Notes: generated by a model not told the origin, from the letters alone. DNA of 64,000 bases from Phoronis australis (GCA_002633005.1 NMRA01000355.1:7571-71570); one strand, 5' to 3'; counted from the first letter of the stretch, positions 1-14,450 are shown. Numbers and translations are program-made.

Positions 1-2178
1 TAGAGTTTAATTCAGTAAAAAGTATTTGTTTCCGAAAGTAAAGAGCCTGAAGAATTTGAATTTTGGTTTCAAACCAATCTGCTATTGTTTGATCACGTGA
101 CTAGATCATTTTATTGAATTAAGCAAATAGGAAAGGAATCAAACGACGTGATCAAAATTCGTTCGATGTACAAGAGAAAATCTTAAAACGCTGTTAGTGG
201 TTACAGACTTTTAAAGTCTCAGTTCATTTATGTTTTATGCAACTTTTGATTCTTTTCATAACATTCGTGTAGGTCTTGTCTTGATAGCCCTCGTGTAAAC
301 GTGGGAACTTTTATTAACAACAGTGGCTGGGACAACAATCCGTGAAGCATGATATCTGAAAGTTTCATGTGAATCCCACGTGCCACTTCTGATATACATA
401 TAAATATATGATTTTCCTGATTTTGTCAAGAGTGGCCATGTTTTGAGGGAGCTACATATTACATTAACTGCAGAACACGCTTACATGCGACTTCAGCAAA
501 AGCGGCTGAAACATACTCCAACATTTTGCCAGCCTCGCTGATTATTTTCTTCAGTTTGCGGCCATGTTGGTTGTGTTAGAGAGCATGGTCACGTGATCAC
601 GAGCTTACTTGCGTAACCCTTGCCCTAATCTGACGTGATTTTGTTTCTCTTTTGTTCATGTCCTGCCTACAGTATTCACTTAGGGATGTTTAATACATTG
701 TCCCTTCTTCCCAAATTTTATGGCAAAGTTCGGTCAGTACACGCGATCCCTGCATTTTTCTGCCACTAGATGACTCTGACAACTTCCTGTTTCTTTGACT
801 TGAATCTCTAAATATGAAGCCCTCAGCGTGTTCGCTTCGCTTCATTGCACTGGCTCTGTTAATGTTAGTCCAATTTGATTTATTTTATTTCCCAGTGAAA
901 GTACCATATCACTTTTAAATTACCACGAGGGCGAACGGAGCTGGCGGTGCCAGCTAATGGGATATGGTGAACTACACCGGACTCACGAGGTCGCATTCAG
1001 AGGATTGTCCGCTATATCTTCCATCTAAATGTTGTTTTAATAATATTCAAAGCTGTGACGTGTAAAACAAGGCCACTCACACATTTAAATGGTAAATAAT
1101 TTTACGTATCACAGTCCAACTTGTTTACAAACCCACATGTACACTGTAAACGTTCATGTTATCGCGGTGAAGTGTCTTCGGTTTGTTATTCCAAGGTATA
1201 TATGTATGTATGTATGCATGAATGCATGTATCTGTGATCTTATATTGGGCATTATTCAAAATAATAGAAAATTGGGCATTAAACATTGATTCTTATAATT
1301 TCGTAAACAAAACCCCGCGGAATGATTTTGATGCATAATCGGGTTATATGGTAGAGTTGGAAAAGAGATGGATGAACATTTTAACCGACTTGAACATAAA
1401 AGTGATGACGTGTCCCATCAGGTACAATGTAGCAATGTACTCTATTTTGTGGATTGAGATAGAATGGCAAGACACGTCTTTTAATGCCGACATTATTAAA
1501 ATATTCAAAACTGTGTGCACTGCAGTAACTTCCAGCGTTGCCTTCGTTGTTCACCTATGTGCAGACAGCTTTAACCCTTTACGCCCATAGCAAAATGTTA
1601 AATAATATCCACAGACATTTATTTTACAAGGATCAACTGGAGACACAAACTATTGTTTTGTCTCGACGATGCAAGAACCAATACGAGCAACAAACTGCTC
1701 ACTTTGATAATAATACATGTGCAATGTATATCGCTATATCTGATGACATGCGTTATATATTGGTCTCCAGGGAACATGTCACATACTTATCACCACATGA
1801 CACAGGGTTTCAGCCACGTGATCGTGGCTTCTAAATACCCAATGGATTTAGCTAGCGGGGGCAAATCTTCCTCTTCAAACAATCAAGAAAATCCATCCGA
1901 TTCATTATTTTATTGTGTTTTAATTAGCTACGCTAATTCACCGTGAAAAGTTAAGAAAGCACAAAACAAAAGGTTCCACCTCAAATCCCGAAACAAAACA
2001 ATATAAGGGTGGGTGAGGCCTCAGGGCACGTATACATGTAAAATGTTGAGCAATTTTACGGTACGTTCATGAGTACGTTCGTCGTAATTTTTGTTTTACA
2101 GATTCTTTTTTAAAATGAGGATACATGCGTGCACCCAGGTGAGTTTTTTTCGGTTGCATTACTCTATTCGCCCTGCCA

Positions 2179-2320
2179 ATGCCAACAAAGTACTACTGTG
2201 CTTTTGGCTACAACTCTGACGTGACAAATTTTGATAAACTGGACAAATACCCGTGGATGCGTAAGCTGAAAGTCTTCGCGTTCCCGACACCAATGAGGGG
2301 CACGAAAATTTGCTTCCAAT
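2179..2320 (+). mobile_element. Degenerate N-terminal THAP-like domain fragment of a DNA transposon
   Basis: ORF begins MPTKYYCAFGYNSDVTNFDKLDKYPWMRKLKVFAFPTP. This resembles the MPxxxCxxxxCxSD...FxxFPxP start of transposon THAP zinc fingers, but the second Cys and the downstream CxxHF are missing. Confidence 0.4.
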
Positions 2321-5300
2321 ACAAGGTCACGCGCTTTCTAATCTCAAGAAAAAGGCGAGTTCTATCGCCGTGTAATCTGGGACGGCCCTTTGGGCTATCA
2401 ACCATGAGCAGCGTAGAGGTGGGATCGATACAATTATCGCGTGGTAAGATGCACGGTACCTTGTACATAGAACCTCATTATGAGAACGTAATCATTTTGC
2501 CCTATAATTTTGCTATTTGGGATGGAAATTACACCTTATTAAGTTGTTCTAGTCCAATTCCAACCTCATCAAAATCCGAAAAAGAACTTTAAAGGCATGA
2601 TTGCGATCGTAAAGTACATGCAACTGCACGGTGACGTCAGGTAACAAAAATCTCGCAGCTGAAATTTCATATTTCAATAAAACAGGGAGTAAGAATAACG
2701 AAGCTCACTTTGCGAGTGGAACATTAAAACATTGTGTTTTTAAGTGGGATAATATGTAGCGTTGTATCACAGAGTGTACTTTGTCTTTGTATTAACACTT
2801 GTATTTTCCAGCGCGGCCTCGTTTTCATCAATCGAAACCTATAAAAAGAAGGCAGTAGTTTAATGCCGCTTTAAATTGAAACTTGCTCGCTAATTTCTTG
2901 TCTATGTGGTTGCTTGGTAGAGTTAGTTAAAGTCACAGCATACATGCATAGCGAAGACGTGAATCAGAAGTAGGTTAAAACTTGTCAAATGTTTACAAAA
3001 ACGAGTTTTGTGTAAAAAAGGATCTGCCGTAAATCACTCAACTGTGTCCAGTAAGTATTGTGACGTGGTGTTGAGGAATAACACTGCATGACGCGGGCTA
3101 TGTGAGCCCCCGAGCTACGTCATTAGTGCAAAGGTTGTCTATTTGCGGATTTCATTCTGTTCACATTTACAAGTTGCAATGAATACAACTGCACTTTGTT
3201 TAACATGGACGATGTTCAAATTGCATTGTCGTTTAGTTCCTGCTGTACACTAGCATAGTTAGGATCATCCAAATATTTCTTTAAATCCTCGCCTTCTGAG
3301 TCTTTGATTAAACTCAGCAACACATGTTAATTAAGCACACGGCACCGAGACAGCAATCACGTTATGTTTGTGCTTCTTTGCTGTAGACAAATTAAACACA
3401 CGTATTGGATTCACTAGAACGTAACGGTCGAATTAACATTTTGGAAATGTCAAATTCGAATTCTCTTCGAAATATTTCGACTCCTTCAAGTCTAAGCAAA
3501 GGTTGAGGTAAAACCAAAGTAGGTGTTGCTAATGTTTTTTTTGTTGCTTGTAAAGGAGGCCGTGTTTCAGGAAACCTGGAAAATGAGGAAATGTATGAGT
3601 CAAAATTCTAAACCAAAGTATTGATGTTATTGCAAAGGCAACCTTGCCAACTAAAACACCTGAGGCAAAGTTAGTTAGTAAAGCAAGCATGTGCCCTTAG
3701 GTTTATTGGCAGATCGGGATTGTGTAAACAACATTGGCCTGGCTGGTAGGTGTAGGATTGCTGTTTTTTTTTTAATATTGATTAAAAGCACTTTAATAAC
3801 TTACCAAAATAAATGAGCAATGTTCAATTAAAGAAAGATCCGTATTTAATAGCACTATGAACCGGAAGCATGACGTCATTAAACAATTTTCCCGTTTTAT
3901 GAATGTTCCCAAAGCGTCATCAAAACGGCTCTTGGACACTAATGTTATTTTTGGGGGATTTTACCTGATCAATGCAAAAATATACAAGATGTTGTCGTGT
4001 CATTACTTGCAGGTGAAACCTGAGGGGCATTTTACTTCAGGTTGAGAAATTCATCCATTAGCAACTTCAATGTAAAGGTTTAAACCTAGCAACGACTCAA
4101 ATGCACCGGAAATAGCATCGATGCGTCTTCTCTGTCTAGTCGGAATAAAATACTATTTACCTGTTATCAGGTAACAACAGGCACTTAACTCTAACACAAG
4201 GTACACCAGAAAGACACTAAAACCGTGTTTAATGACAATTAATGGATATTTAAGCCGACTTAATACTCATTTTTCAAGCTGCGTTTCACCCCATTTTACT
4301 GAAGACTTTTTCTGCATAGATTTCCTTAGCAATCCAATGTATTTTTTTAGGGACTCTTCTTTAGCACGGGGTAATGGAGTCATCCGTCTCTTTGTTTCTT
4401 CCGAAATTGCAGTTGTTATCAATTGCAGCTACTGGAGGCGATACAATGACGGCGCTCATGACTGCCCTTTTCTATTTTTTCTGATTTGTTTCAAGGGGCC
4501 ACTTGCGAAAAGGGGTCCTCGACTGCCTCCCTTTTCCTGTTGCTATTGAAAGCGTAAAACCTGTTTTAAGTGAATGAAGGTGACTGGATGACGTAATCAC
4601 GGGGCTGTTTCCTCTTCTCTGAGGGACAGTCCGAGGCAATATGTCGGTTTGCCCCCCATAAATCCGCCCCTGCCATAGAGCTTTAGCTAGAGCAGCCCGT
4701 GAAAGTGACCAAAGGGGTCGTTGGTGAAAATATTGTCAGAGCTTATATGAAATCGATGGGGATGTAGGAAGATTTAGGATGTCGACTGGGGATGGAGACG
4801 GTATAAACTATTGTCCATATCGGGGAGAAACAGGTTAGTGAGGGATAGATTGGGAACGGAAACCAAGGGGAGGCTGCCTGCGCTTACATTTGTTCGCCCT
4901 CTAAACCCTCCCACGCATATGGTTTATAAACATTGATAGTAAGGCCACGTATTACAGAGGTTTGGAGTGACAACGGAGGTTGCCTCCCTAGAGAAAACAC
5001 TATGATTTACATGTTCGTAATCCACAGGGTAAACAGCTTAATAAATCAATGTTATGATATTGATCAGAAGGTGGGATGACAACGTTGAAGCGTGATCTGA
5101 CTCCAAGTGAGTTGCCACTTAATGTGTTGAAATAAAAATAACAAAGCCATCGGCTACTCAATGAGGGGGTTTATGTTTTTTGTTGTGGAAATACAGAATA
5201 GAGGTGCTTTCAAGAGCATGTGCTGGCGCCATTAATTATGCAAAAAGATGCTTAGGAACCCAATTCATCTTGAGGAAATAACCGCGAGCTAGCGGAGACC

Positions 5301-6829
5301 ACGTTTTTGTGTCGACGTGCTACTCTTTTCAAGACCTGGCTTATGGCTTATATGTTCATTTTTTCATTTGTATGTAGACGCACGCTGAGTTTGTTTCCAT
5401 CATCGTCGTGCGCGTATGCGTCGTCGTAATGGTACTCGTCGTCATCACGGGAAATTCGATTTTTAGTCATAAAGCCGTTGGCATGTCAATTGACGTTGTA
5501 ACTAATACAATAAACCAGATTTATCTATTGTAGTTAATGAACACCACATGTTCTATTTACGAGTTAATTGCAATGAAACTAGTTCACCACCCGATTTAGA
5601 AAAGATTAATATAGTGGTATACCGTAGTTGATGAATCACACATAGAGAGCGTTCCGTGAGCCTAGTTTCTCGCGCGAGAAACAAGATCTCGCAAGATCAC
5701 GCCACTGAAAAGCGAGTGTTTCGGGAGTATACTCGAAAGCTTCATAGCCTGCCCTTGCAAAATGGCGGCCACTAAGTGTGGAGTGTTGGATTATGGGCCT
5801 GACATATGTGTAGATGTTTTGCCGCGAGTGCAATCTTCGAAACTCAACAACGAATGCATTAAATTCTGGTCACAATTTGGGTAACCGCGACGGCTTTCCT
5901 AAAACGGACCATATCAAGTCTGTGATCCATGCTTCCAGGATCTCAGTGTGGCCTCAATACTCAATCCCAAGGCCCATTTACCCTCTAGGTTCGTGGTTTT
6001 AGGTTTTAGAAATGCGTCGGTTTTACTTAAGTGTTTCGTACAAAGGCACGTGCACCTCAATTCGAATAACGGACTTAGATTTAGTATAGACTGTGCGCAT
6101 GTAAAACTTTTCTGATGACGGCACACAAACCTTTCACTTCGTTTAGTGACGAGTTGAATTTGGTGTTGTCTGTTTGGATCAAATTTGAATACGAACTCTG
6201 AAAACGTTATCATTAGAGTCCGTACTAAGACCATTTAAGATTTGGGATTATTACAAAAAAATATGCCAAGAGTGAATTAGCTGAGTACTATTTGTTCTCT
6301 TGATCATATGGTTGATCAGCGCTTATGTGTGATTGACCGACAATTCGCCTTTGATGGTAAGTATTGCATGTGTTGTCGAGTTAATCCTCCTTTCTGTTTT
6401 GAGCAACTAGTCATCTACCGATAGGACATTTGGGGTCACATTCAATCCCTTTAGCAAATGTAAAAAGCGACACCTCATTTGATTAGTACCGGATTACGAT
6501 AATTCGAACCTTAATAAAACGTAAGAGGAAATTCGTTTGAATTGATCCTATGGTAGTGTTTACTATGTTAGTCTGCTTTTGAAGCGGTGTTGGCAAGTAC
6601 GAGTAGCTTTGCAAAAAAATCTCTCCTGCTTAACCATAAGTATTCCGTTGACCACGTTTCTTGCGAGATCACGCAAAATCACACGATTGAAATATGGTCG
6701 AGACCTTACATGTAGTAACTTATCCTATGAGCTTAATGGCGGCCACTGAAATGGTTAGTCGGTGAGGTTGGAACGTACGTTGTTTTATGGTATTGAATTC
6801 AAAGCTATCGTTTTACTCTTGGTAGTGTC

Positions 6830-7100
6830 AGCTGCAGCTACCAGTGGGACGACTAGCTCTGCTAGTGTTACTGCTTTCACTGGCTATATTGCTGCAACTA
6901 CAGCAACCGCCACTTCTGCTGCTGATACTGCTGCAGGCGACTAAAGCTACCGCTATTGCTGCTGCTCCTGTCAGCGCCACTGCTACTGTAAATGTTACAA
7001 ACATTGGTGTAGCTGCCGCTGCTACTACTACCGCTTATTTACACTGCTTCTGTTACTTATACTGCTACTACTACCGCGACTGCTACTGCTGCTACTACTG
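6830..7100. repeat. Degenerate (GCT/ACT)n trinucleotide low-complexity tract
   Basis: Run of gct/act/gca triplets, e.g. tactgctactactaccgcgactgctactgctgctactact. Confidence 0.8.
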
Positions 7101-8704
7101 ATTCTGTCGAGGTAGTCCAAGTTCCTACCCCTACGCGACAGCACGTTTGACCCGTATAAAATAATGGAAAAATAGTTAACGTGATTGTGGATGAAACGTA
7201 GTCACATTAAAGTAAAATATTGTGTTTGATCAGGGGCAAATAAAACAATTTGAGCAATAGTCATTGTAGTTTCTTGATGTGCCCTGTGCTGGCGGAAACC
7301 TGACACGTTTAGATTTTTAATTGTGCCTTGAGTAGGCCTACGTAATTTCCACAGGCCTTTCCCCAACGGAAAATGCCCTCCTGAATAAGACTGCGTATCA
7401 CTGTTTTGAAACATCATTAAAACTATTTTGATGTCATCATTATTGGAAAAACTAAACGTGTTTGGTGTTAAGTATGCAAATTGTAAGCCGATAAACAGCG
7501 CCTCTCTTTCTTTACGTGGCAAAGACGGATGATGTCAAACGAGCTTAAGACGACACGTCGTCCATAATAACGCTAAATGTTTTGAGTTGGGCGTAAATCA
7601 ACGGGTTTTATGCAATTAAAGACATTAAGGCGGGGAAGATGGCCAATTTTGCTTAATAAACTCGAATTCTCTCTGGGAAATTAACTTATTAGGCTACACT
7701 TCAAATAAAATCGGAAGTGCCTCAGTACTTCACACAATCAAATATAGCTTGGTATTTACACTCTGTCTCGTTAGGCTCAAAATGAGTTGAATAAATTACA
7801 ATGTTCAACGAAGAATTCCGATTATTAATCCTTAGCTTCTATGTACATAGCAATTCACCCGGTTGACTAAACATCTGAAACGTGACGTCACCGTTGATTG
7901 AAGTCGGATTCAACACCTGAGTCACTCACTATCCGCCAGTCATTAAATTCTAACGATGTTAATACATGATTCAAAAACTAGTTATGACGTACATATGTAA
8001 ACCTACATTGGCGACTATTACCGTATTTGAATTAAAGCTTAACACAAATTATAGTTTTTTTCTTGTTTCTGAATGAAGTTCACGGTAAATACGTTTGATC
8101 GCTTAAGCTCACATTGAAAGTACCGTCTCCTAAGCCGGACACTCGCGTTGTCATGGTGATTTCTGTTCTAGAGGAAACGACCTTTCGTTTCAGAACAGGC
8201 CGTCACCGTGGCATACACGAGATAACCATACACTTCTATAATTGCAGTTTCAGTAATAAATTGAGTCATGGTTCATTCGCAACACAAATGTAATTCAATG
8301 GATTTTTATCGACCCTGAGAACCCTATTTTGTGTCTCGGATACGATGTTGGTTTCGGCATTTCTCGAGTACGTACCAGCTTTTACCGTTTTTGGTGCATG
8401 ATTTACGTCGTAAGCATGGGAGTAGAAGCGAAGTGATAACAGATGGCCATACTGTAAATGAAATGCGTGCACTCGTGAATTTACGATCTGGAGAGCATCG
8501 TGATACACCGGCTTAGATGTCAAAGTTACTGAATAGATGGAGGAAAGATGTCGCCCCTGTATTAACGACTCACCCTTTATGTCTTAGAGAAAATACAGGT
8601 TAGCTTGTTTTAACTAGCTCAGTGTTGTCGCCTCTAGGAATTGGGTTAATTCATAGTTCGTAAGGAGAGAAAGACGAGAAACGTCTAACAGTCTGTCTTA
8701 ATAC

Positions 8705-9400
8705 TCTTGAAGCTCTGGCCGCATATGCAGTGGCCCTGATAAAATTGCCATTTGACTTCTCAAAATGTATGTCACATACGGTGAACGGAGCTCGAGGTTG
8801 TTGACCACACATGTATTCGTCATGGTGTGGCTCAGTATACTAAATTTTTCCCAAACCAGCCGTATGTACATGTGATTCAATATGCGGTTTGCTATATACA
8901 AGAGTAGCATACATTACAAAACCAGCGTACTAAAAATAAACAAAGTCTGTTTAAAAGATAGACATTCAAATTGTGTAGTTTTCTGTGTCAATTGTCGATT
9001 AGTCTCTGCGCAAAGTTCTTCAAAACATCGCTTGAGGAACTTAAATTTGTTAGCATTTTCGCTAGTCCTAGCATCATTCAGAGAATACGTACTGTATATG
9101 TTTCTAAGCAACCACCGTTGTGTTGGTTCTCAACAAAAAAATTGCGTTGTTGGCGGCGTAGTCGTCAAAAGCCTCAGTGATGTCGGGTACATCCGTAAGC
9201 AGTCTTGGTCATTCTGCCATCGATGTCGGCCTCCGTTTGTTGGTGCCGTGTATTTTGTAAGTTTCTTCATCGTCAGTTTCAATGTTTTCGGTGATGGTGG
9301 GATTAGCAGAGGTCCCCAGCTTCCTAAGAGTCGTTGTCGGCATTAACGTCAGTGTCGTAAAGTGTAGGCGTTTTCATTGTCGAAATCATTTCGCTTCACA
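8705..9400 (-). mobile_element. Possible decayed SWIM-finger transposon accessory gene fragment
   Basis: Frameshifted minus-strand reading gives an acidic segment (ITENIETDDEETY...LTDVPDITEAFDDY), then QPRAPFTVCDIHFEKSNGNFIR(+1)HCIC. This resembles the Y-x-V...G-x-I-xx-A-x-C-x-C SWIM motif. Confidence 0.25.
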
Positions 9401-10284
9401 TGACTTGGCAGTCTCGTTGTCTTTGATGTTATCTCCGTGAACACCATTGGTGTTCACGAACGAGGGTTGCCTTTGGACTGAAGTGACTTTATTTAAAGTT
9501 TAATTTAGTCCTACATTTCTGATCTTGAAACCTAAATTTGTACCTCAGTTGCGAAAATGGATCAAAATTTTAAAGTTTCAACATAAATTAAAAATATGAG
9601 GGGTGAAATTTAACTTCGGTTATTCCATTTTACTGCCTGTGACCCTTCGCTAGGGAACTCGTAGTATTGACAACCGTTTTCAGTTATGTCCCCTCAGTGT
9701 TTTACTTATCTTTACCTTCAATAAAACTAGCTGGCTTATCAATTAGTAACCCATAAAATTAATGTCATGCCTCATTTACACCGCGCCTCGACCTTTTTCT
9801 GCGGCGTGCAGGGAATTTTTTACAACTGCGCTTGTCTCCTGGGGAAGTCAACTGTTTCTTAAATGGTATGTCTGTTTATATTGCCTTTCATTTGACTTGA
9901 AAATAATTAAATTTACTGTTTGTCGGTTGCAGTAGATTAGTTTCTCATGACGTGTAAAAAATCAATATCTCAAGAGAATTCCGAGTGTGTGTCGAGTACA
10001 TACGTCTAACAGTTTCATAGAATGGGAGGCAGGTGCAAAGATTAGATATTCGTCCTAAAATACATGTCTATTTCGCCTGTAAACAGCTTCACCTTGAGCA
10101 CGCAAGCATGATGGTCAACGCTCGGCCTTTCTGTAAGGCAACAAGCACGCCAGTGAACTGGGTACTAGTGCCAATCAAATGCGTCGTTTGAAAAGCATGG
10201 AGAGTTTACACGCTCTCGCCAGGTTAGGAGGCACTGAGCAGTTCTCACAGGGGTTTGCCTCTCAGAACACCGGCACTTCAATGG

Positions 10285-10620
10285 ACTCTTCAATCTGTCA
10301 AAAACTGCATGCAAATAAAGAAAAGTTTTGAGTCATTTTACATAACAAGCCCTACAGATGAGCACAGAACCTTTATTCGCTTTTGACCCTTTCACTCCCA
10401 GTGGAAACCAAGACAGACTAAAAAATAAGGGGAAGATGCAAAATCGGCACTTTTCACCCCAAAACCACCACTTTCTTGCCGATGCTCGACTAAAGCCAAC
10501 ATTAGATTTCGAAAGCAAATTTCCTACCGTTTTCAAAAATGTGGTCCAAATGTACTGTCAACGAACTACATGTAGTTTCTTTGCAAATCTGGCTTGTTTG
10601 AGGGCTACCTGAAATCGCAG
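10285..10620 (+). repeat. Dispersed repeat, copy A (pairs with 21675-21970)
   Basis: Shared blocks such as ctgtcaaaa..gcat..aaataa..aagttt.gagtcattt, caaaaccacca, ttagatt..gaaagcaaatttcc and caaaaatgtggtccaaa. Confidence 0.75.
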
Positions 10621-10909
10621 CCAATTTCTCATTTGCTACACAGCAATGTACAATTGCAACTGGGGGCCACCATCTTGAACAAGAGTACAGCTACAGCCGA
10701 GAAAGAGGCCTTTTTATACTCAGCATGTTCACAAATACAAAAAACCACATTCACTGAGCCTACGTGCTTTCTGACAAAATGTACCCAAGCTTAGCCTACC
10801 CAAAATTTTAACATTTTGGGAATGCAAATTGGCCGCGGCCGCTGTCTAACTGTTCAGTGCTACCTTAACAAAACGGAACTCATCCTGTTCGCCTTCAAAT
10901 GCGATGTTA

Positions 10910-11004
10910 CTCACGAGTGAAAGCTCGTGAGACTACGTCAGGCTAAACGAGAACAACACACGGATATTCTCACGCGTGAAACCTCGCGAGATCACGTCAG
11001 GCTA
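10910..11004. repeat. Two 59-bp-period units, each with a hairpin and ending cgtcaggcta
   Basis: ctcacgag-tgaaag-ctcgtgag-actacgtcaggcta (perfect 8-bp stem) and ctcacgcg-tgaaac-ctcgcgag-atcacgtcaggcta. Confidence 0.75.
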
Positions 11005-11184
11005 ACCAGACAAAGATGCACTTCCTTTACATTCACCAGTTTAGAGTACAGGATGAGATTCGTCAGCCGATAAACATCACTAAAATATCATAATTTCACG
11101 CTGTTTGTGTTTTTGTCGCCTTGCTTTGTTTTTTAATGGGCAGAGTTTCCGCGGAAACTTTACCATGTGACATCAATTGGGAGT

Positions 11185-11370
11185 GGGCTCATAATGCATG
11201 TCAGCTGTCACTCTATTTCAGGTGGTGGTGCAACACAAAAAAAAGAAAATCAAGCTAAATTCATATTAAGTTCAGCTAAGTTTGACAGTACTTGGAGTTG
11301 TGTTGATTCACCATTGCTGGACGCTTGAGTTTCGACTGAACTAACTTGTGTTAAAATCCTTTTTATGATG
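11185..11370 (+). repeat. Dispersed repeat (pairs with 35540-35735)
   Basis: Shared cataatgca, aggtg.tggtg, catattaa, ttggagttgtgttga, taacttgtgttaaaatcc.ttttatga. Confidence 0.7.
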
Positions 11371-12102
11371 TTTTTTTTGAAATGTAGGGCCTAGTTAAAA
11401 CTACATTGAAACGGAAAGTGTAATTAAACAAAACTTCTCAATTAACAGTTACCCCAGTAGACACGGCTTATGGTAAATAAGGCCCATGGGTCCAATAATA
11501 TCATTAGTCCTCACTCACAAACACGAGTAATCAACCGCGAAACAAGGCGTCGAACTCCGAAATAACGATCCGGGATTTCAGTTCAGAGTAAATACTTGAT
11601 CGGTCCGTGAACCGAGTTGAGACAGGGGCATATTTTTGGTTTTTTCGTCGGGTTTTGGGTGTCTGATGCTGTGTTTGGTGATTGGTATCCCGTGACGTGG
11701 TCAGAGAATAAGTATGGTTTTATTCAAATGGTTCGCGTTTAGGTGCATGAGTCTTAACCCGGACATAACCCGAATCTGATGCGCGTGGGACTAAATGCGT
11801 GCTTACAAGATAACAAATATGCAACTGCAAAATGAACCCTAACTTTTGACTTAGCTAGTTAACTGTCTTCCGACGTTGTCAGCAAATGGACTACGGTAGC
11901 TTGAGTCACAACAACGTTGGGTCGTATTACATTTTTATTTATAATAATGCATATCGAATACTTCATCAATGCCATTATATTGTTCACGATTTTAATTTTG
12001 TGAACTTGTATTTAATCAATATTCGGCCAAACTACACAAGATCTGCATATCTGGATAACGAAGTTATGCCTTTCATTACAGCCCAGCCAACAGCAAACTG
12101 AC

Positions 12103-12362
12103 ATGGCAAGCTTTGAAATACCGGAAGGACTTGGAGATTTATTAAAAGAATTCACGGTATCCGTCCTACGAGAGCGACCCGATGACATTTACGAGTACTC
12201 GGTAAATTATTTCACCCGAGTTCGCGACACGCACAAGGCTCAGTCCGTGCCAATGTATATTATTGTGGACGACGATGACGAAGCAGGTGAACCGGAACCC
12301 GTACTACTGAAGAAGAAGAATCAGGAAAACTATGGGAGAAGGAATTCTGTGTCGGCTGAGAG
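12103..12362 (+). CDS. PRKAR2: PKA-RII coding exon 1 (D/D domain, linker, RRNS inhibitor site)
   Basis: ATG at 12103; donor gtaagg at 12363. An acceptor-like tttcattacag ends at 12081, suggesting an upstream non-coding exon. Confidence 0.93.
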
Positions 12363-14373
12363 GTAAGGTGTTAGATATTTGCCATTGACGTGGTCACGAG
12401 CTAAGGTATTCTGTAAAAGGTTAAGCTCTGTTAGAGCGCCACCAATAGTGAAGGCTACCGCTGTGAAAGGATGGTGGGTGTTCGAGGCGCAGAATACATA
12501 CAGTACCGTGAATAATACGCTTACAAGAAAGTCACGCATTTTTAAAGAGATGCGGGAATTTTCACCGCTCTTCCTTCTGAGCGGCTTTTACCAGGGTCAA
12601 AGAGAACGCGGCGCCTTGCTCGATGCGAGCAAGACCCAATTAAGTGTAATTTGACCAGACCATAAACTGTATTACACATCTCTGACTGTACATAATTACG
12701 AATTTTCAAAATGCATCAAACATTAGCTTTCGTTAAAAACGAACACCACGGCGGTATTCAGCTGGAAAAAGAACAACCAAGTACGGTTTTCGATGAACTA
12801 ATAATCTGAAAACTACAACCATTGGCATGCGTGCACCCAGCCTTTAATATGGGGGGCTCGAATCTCTGACAACGTGGACCTTTTGCTAACAAAAAAGTGG
12901 GATGACTAAAAAACGGGATACCACCTTCAGGTCTATGCATGGTGCGTCTGCGACTTTTTGGTGGACTTTTGTTTCGTTTTGTATGGCGTTTTGTTTCTCT
13001 TAGGCGGACCTTTTTGCCCACTTCGGCAAATGGGGCCCTCGTTCGAGCCATGATTGGGTACGATTGAAGATAAACTACCGCGCGTATTGATATACTCGGT
13101 GGATATACAAACGGCGGTCAGAGTTAACAATATCACATGGATTTGTTTTTCAATATTCTTTCAATATCGTTTAACCAGATTTTTGACCAGGAAACACTGT
13201 ACTAAACTTGTGCCCACTTTAAATTTTCCTTACTGACAAATAGCTAGAATGGTTATATGGTCGGTGCCACCGAAATTGTCCAGAGATTCCAAATCTACAG
13301 TTTTGTTTTCACCATATTTGCACTTTTTTATATACTTAATGATTTGGGTTCTAATAAAGATTAAACTTTAATGACACGTGAAATGTTTAGTGTACCTGTA
13401 ATGTGGAAAGTTCAGAAATGGGCTCACAATGAACTTAACTAATTATGTTTCGCAGGCGCTCAAAATCTACCACTGTTTTGGTACTTCAAGTTTGAAGCTT
13501 AGATAAAAAGTTATCAGCCCGTTCCCTGTAAGAAAAAACAAGTTTGTAGAAGCATTAAAAATTAAAGAACGAAAACCGATATCAAACATATCGTTCCTTT
13601 GGGAAGTGGCCCTTTGTGAAGATAAACACAAGTTAACCTTTTTAGTCGTTTTGTAATATTTATGATGTACCAAGTTAAAACTACTCTCTAGAGTTGCAGG
13701 CTGTAACAGCGCAAATGTCAGAGAAAACCAAAATTGGGGGTACTAACAACAACCATTGTTAAGACAGTAATGCTAGCTACCAACTTTCCACTTCATTAGC
13801 AAAGATCTACATCAATACAAAGGACGTGCTGAATAGGCATCGTCAAAATTGTCTGGAGCTAAGGCAATCTGAGCAGTGGCCAATGTAAGCGAGAAATTTT
13901 CCTCATGAAGTGTTTCACAAAAAAAGAACTTGTGTAGAATGCATTGATTAAATCTGGTCTTGCTGTCATAAAGACACTTCTTAATAGATAAAGCAGTATT
14001 CTTGACGTTTTATCAACACCAAACTGATACTTTAAATGTAGCCTTGTGATTTTTGGGTTTTGTTAACACAAGCAGTAACTTACACAGCAAGAAACAATGT
14101 TTTGTACAGTAGCTGGTCTACAGAGTAAAATGTAGGCCATGCTTCCCCGTTTAGCACACATTTTAGGAGTTTCCAACTTTGCTCAAAACTGTTGAGGGTT
14201 ACAAAGAACTAGCTTTTTTGAAACCTTAAAGGGAATGTTGTTGTTAAGTGGATTTAGTGTTGTTTTAGAAAAGCGTGTTTTAGCATGTGATAGCATAGAC
14301 CGATAAAACTGCATTCGACTCGAATGTGTTACTAATGTGAACTCGTCGAACGGAATTGCCACCCAACCATCCA

Positions 14374-14450
<77 letters not shown>

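Noticed and set aside
6762-7101. Ala/Thr-rich and Leu/Cys/Tyr-rich ORFs resembling secreted peptides
   Set aside because: By-products of the (GCT/ACT)n tract, with non-ATG starts and no splice support.
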